From contig JBDIWC010000084.1 in assembly GCA_039794085.1 (NCBI GenBank), positions 1 through 12,028 on the forward strand: a stretch of DNA of 12,028 nucleotides, given 5' to 3'. The stretch's first letter is position 1. Every line of letters starts with the position of its first letter. The position numbers and the translations under genes are program-made. This stretch comes from Gemmatimonadales bacterium. GTDB lineage: Bacteria > Gemmatimonadota > Gemmatimonadetes > Gemmatimonadales > GWC2-71-9. Shown piece by piece: positions 9,429-12,028 of the stretch. The notes below the pieces were generated by a model. That model was not told the DNA's origin and made no database searches. It was given only the letters and a program-made list of their open reading frames with translations.

Positions 9429-9662
9429 ATGAAACGGACCACATTGAAGATCGATGAGAGCGTGCTCCGCGAACTCAAGCAGAGAGCTGCCGTCGAGGGC
9501 AGCGGCATGCAGGAGGTGGCAAACCGCCTCTTGAGAAGGGGACTCGCCGCCCGGCCGACGGAGTCGTGGACCCTGTGCCTGACCGGGTGGAAGGCCGAGC
9601 CGCAGCCCGAAGTCGACCTCCTCGATCGGGGGACCCTGTTCGATGTGATGAACGGGCGCTGA
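9429..9662 (+). CDS. vapB: VapB-family ribbon-helix-helix antitoxin, 77 aa
   Basis: N-terminus MKRTTLKIDESVLRELKQRAA..G..MQEVANRLLRRGL is typical of RHH VapB; acidic C-terminus; 3 nt upstream of a PIN-domain gene. Confidence 0.88.
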   Translation: MKRTTLKIDESVLRELKQRAAVEGSGMQEVANRLLRRGLAARPTESWTLCLTGWKAEPQPEVDLLDRGTLFDVMNGR

Positions 9663-9665
9663 CGG

Positions 9666-10111
9666 ATGCTCGCTCTGGACACCAGAGCATCCTGGTCTAC
9701 ACCGAGATCGGCAACGCCCCGGAGCACCGCCAGGCGGAACGCATCCTTCGAGAACTTTCCGAAGGTCCCGAGACCTGGGCCATCCCCTGGCCCTGCCTCT
9801 ACGAGTTCCTCCGGGTGGTCACCCACCCACGGGTGTACCATCCGCCGGTTCCTCACTCCATCGCGGTAAAGGACATCCAGGCCATCCTCTCCTCTCCCTC
9901 TCTCCTGCTGCTCTCGGAAACCGACCGTCACGCCCAGGTCATGGAGCGGATGATCCTGGCCTCCGGGGCCACCGGCAACCTGATGCACGACGCCCATGTC
10001 GCGTCGCTCTGCCTCGAGCACGGTGTGACGGAGTTGATCACCGGGGATCGGGACTTTCATCGTTTCCCCGGCATCCGGGTGCGAAATTTCTTCTCCCAGG
10101 AGGAACCGTAG
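9666..10111 (+). pseudogene. vapC: VapC PIN-domain toxin, frameshifted after codon 6
   Basis: The sequence reads ATG CTC GCT CTG GAC ACC [AG] AGC ATC CTG GTC TAC. Removing 2 nt at 9684-9685 gives a 147-aa MLALDTSILVY...YEFLRVVTHP...GNLMHDAHVA...TGDRDFHRF with all PIN acidic residues. Could be a sequencing or assembly error. Confidence 0.85.
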
Positions 10112-10112
10112 C

Positions 10113-10311
10113 GGGTGTCGGGTGACGGGTGTTGGGTGTTGGGGCGGTAGGCGGTAGGCGGCAGGGCGAATGTCCTATGTCCTATGTCCTATGTCCTATG
10201 TCCCTATGTTCTATGTTCTGGGCCCTGGGTGTTGGGTACTGGGTGTTGGGAACTGCGGGGATGGGCCCAATACCCAAAAGCCAATACCCCGTGTTGGGGT
10301 GTTGGGTGGGG
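10113..10311. repeat. Mosaic heptamer tandem array including (ATGTCCT)4 plus 3 degenerate units
   Basis: GGGTGTC/GGGTGAC/GGGTGTT and GGCGGTA units; ATGTCCT x4 at 10170-10197 followed by ATGTCCCT ATGTTCT ATGTTCT; CCCAATA-type units at 10266-10289. Confidence 0.9.
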
Positions 10312-10313
10312 TA

Positions 10314-11477
10314 CTACCGGGCCACCCCATTCCCGTACCGAAGCCAGATCACCATGAACTTGCCGCAGCTTCGTTTGATCAGCAGATCCTCCTGAAACTC
10401 GAAGGGGATGTCGGCCCCCGGTCCGTAGACCTCCATCGCCTCGATCTGCTGGGGATCGAAGTCGTTGACGGCCCACCCCACCTGCGGCTTGGCCCCGTTG
10501 ATCGAGATGACGGGAGGGCAATCGACCCCGCGCCGCCCGGCCCCCTTCGCCGCGGCCTTGTTCAGCGGGCCGAGTCCGTAGCTGACGTCCTTGTAGCGGG
10601 GCGGAAGCCCGAGATTCGGTTCCGAGAAGGTGTCGGGGTGAACCGCAGGAAGAAGCGTACCGACAAAGTCGCCGAGCACCACCGGAGCCGCTGCCATGAT
10701 GTCATCGCGGGTGACAAAGGTCCCGAGATAGGCATGGGCCCGGCGGGTGGCCCGAACCACGTTGAACAGCATCCCCTCCACCACGATGTCGGGCAGGTCG
10801 AAGGGCCGGGCGTTCAGCATGAACCGGAAGTTGCGCGGTTCCTTCTCCTCCACCGTGACGGACATCTGCACCGGAAGGAAGCCGATGCGACGCACCGTCA
10901 GGAAATACCTGCCCGGCCCCAGTTCGGGAAAGGCGAACCGGCCCTCGGTTCGCGTCTCCGTGGTCCAAGGCCCACGGGTCTTTGGCGAGGCCCCCCCGAG
11001 GATCAGCTCGGCGCCGGGAATCGGGGCGCCACCGCTGTCCACCACCGTGCCGAACAAAAGGGGGCCATCCCGTGCGGCCTCTCCGGCGGGAACCTCAGCC
11101 ACGATATCGGCGAGGATCTGGGCCCGGGGAACCAACTCGAACTCCAGGGTCACCGGGGTTCCGGCCGGCAGATCCACCGCCACCTGCACGGGCACATAGC
11201 CGATGCGACGCACCGTGAGGTTGTACTGTCCCGGTGCCAGCGACGGGAAGGTGAACCGTCCGGTCGGGCCCGCCCGCGCCCGATGGGGCCCCCGGATCTC
11301 GTCGGTCTCCCCCACGGCGATGATTTCAGCCAGGGAAAGCGGAGCGCCCAGGGTGTCGGTCACGACGCCGCTCAGAGGAGGACCTGGCGTCTGGGCACCG
11401 ACACTCCCTGTCAGGGCAAGGCCAACGGGGAGTAGAACCCGCCCCATCCCCGAGGGGCTCACCGCGAAGATGTGCAT
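10314..11477 (-). CDS. Secreted protein with two carboxypeptidase-regulatory-like domains and a C-terminal TonB-plug-like domain
   Basis: Signal-like segment ending SVGA|Q. Repeats GVVTDTLGAPLSLAEI..GRFTFPSLAPGQYNLTVRRIGY and GTVVDSGGAPIPGAEL..GRFAFPELGPGRYFLTVRRIGF. C-terminal FVTRDDI..CPPVISING..DFDPQQIEAMEVY..CGKFMVIWLR. The start could be 11477 or 11447. Confidence 0.82.
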   Translation of the reverse strand: MHIFAVSPSGMGRVLLPVGLALTGSVGAQTPGPPLSGVVTDTLGAPLSLAEIIAVGETDEIRGPHRARAGPTGRFTFPSLAPGQYNLTVRRIGYVPVQVAVDLPAGTPVTLEFELVPRAQILADIVAEVPAGEAARDGPLLFGTVVDSGGAPIPGAELILGGASPKTRGPWTTETRTEGRFAFPELGPGRYFLTVRRIGFLPVQMSVTVEEKEPRNFRFMLNARPFDLPDIVVEGMLFNVVRATRRAHAYLGTFVTRDDIMAAAPVVLGDFVGTLLPAVHPDTFSEPNLGLPPRYKDVSYGLGPLNKAAAKGAGRRGVDCPPVISINGAKPQVGWAVNDFDPQQIEAMEVYGPGADIPFEFQEDLLIKRSCGKFMVIWLRYGNGVAR

Positions 11478-12028
11478 GTCGCAGTCTACGGCTATCTCGC
11501 AGCACCGTCAACCGGGTAAATGAATTCGTCCCCGACGCCTGATCGCGACCGCCCCCGGTCGAGAGAAATGCCCCGAAGGGGCATCGTCCTCATAGCCCCG
11601 CGCCGCGCCACGCGCGTTCCTCGGGGATGGGCCGTCAGCAATCCATCTTGCCTCTTGCGCGCCCAAGGGATCCTTTGTAATTTCGCATTTGAGGTTTTGA
11701 GCCTTAAGCCAACTTCGAATTGATCATCGAGATTGGAATGATGCCGAGAACCCTCCGCCAGTTCTACCTCCTCGGAATGGGCACGGTTGTTGTGGGGGGG
11801 TAAAGCCGAACGCTTGAGAGGCTGCACTGGTCTACTCGAACGCCACCTCGCCTTCTCGTTCCTTGTTGTTGGGGCCAACGCCTGTCAAGCCCAGAATCCT
11901 TCCTCCGGTAAATGTCAAGATAGTTGTCGCATGAGCCTTCATGCGGCCGCTTCGGGAGTGGCCGCGTGGGTTGATTCCTGCTTGGGTGGATTGAGGGCTA
12001 CCGCGTCCACCGGGGTCCAGCCTCGCGT

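Noticed and set aside
9566..10111. 181-aa ORF as an intact VapC
   Set aside because: It starts inside vapB and lacks the N-terminal LDT catalytic motif, which is in the other frame at 9666.
10170..11435. 421-aa plus-strand ORF
   Set aside because: It begins in the ATGTCCT repeat and is antisense to the 10314-11477 gene.
11492..11878. 128-aa minus-strand ORF
   Set aside because: TTG start, atypical codon usage for this genome, and no recognisable domain.

Overview
This is a GC-rich bacterial window; the gene repertoire suggests Gemmatimonadota, but that is an inference only. The minus strand carries a STAS anti-sigma-factor antagonist, a compact ccmA-ccmB-ccmC-ccmD cytochrome c maturation operon (the 39-aa ccmD is absent from the ORF track), an intrinsic terminator, two tandem ~70%-identical secreted paralogs and an orphan methyl-accepting chemotaxis protein. 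The plus strand carries acetyl-CoA synthetase (acs) and a vapBC toxin-antitoxin pair. The vapC toxin is frameshifted by an apparent 2-nt duplication, and the pair is bracketed by G-rich heptamer repeat arrays. A secreted protein with two carboxypeptidase-regulatory-like domains and a plug-like domain converges on it from the minus strand. The most notable element is in the STAS leader: a sigma-54 (-24/-12) promoter followed by a complete GEMM-I (c-di-GMP-I family) riboswitch aptamer. It has A at the position equivalent to G20 and retains A47 and C92, the signature of 3',3'-cGAMP-sensing variants. A 13-bp competing helix lies next to the ribosome-binding site, and the gene sits directly upstream of the ccm genes.
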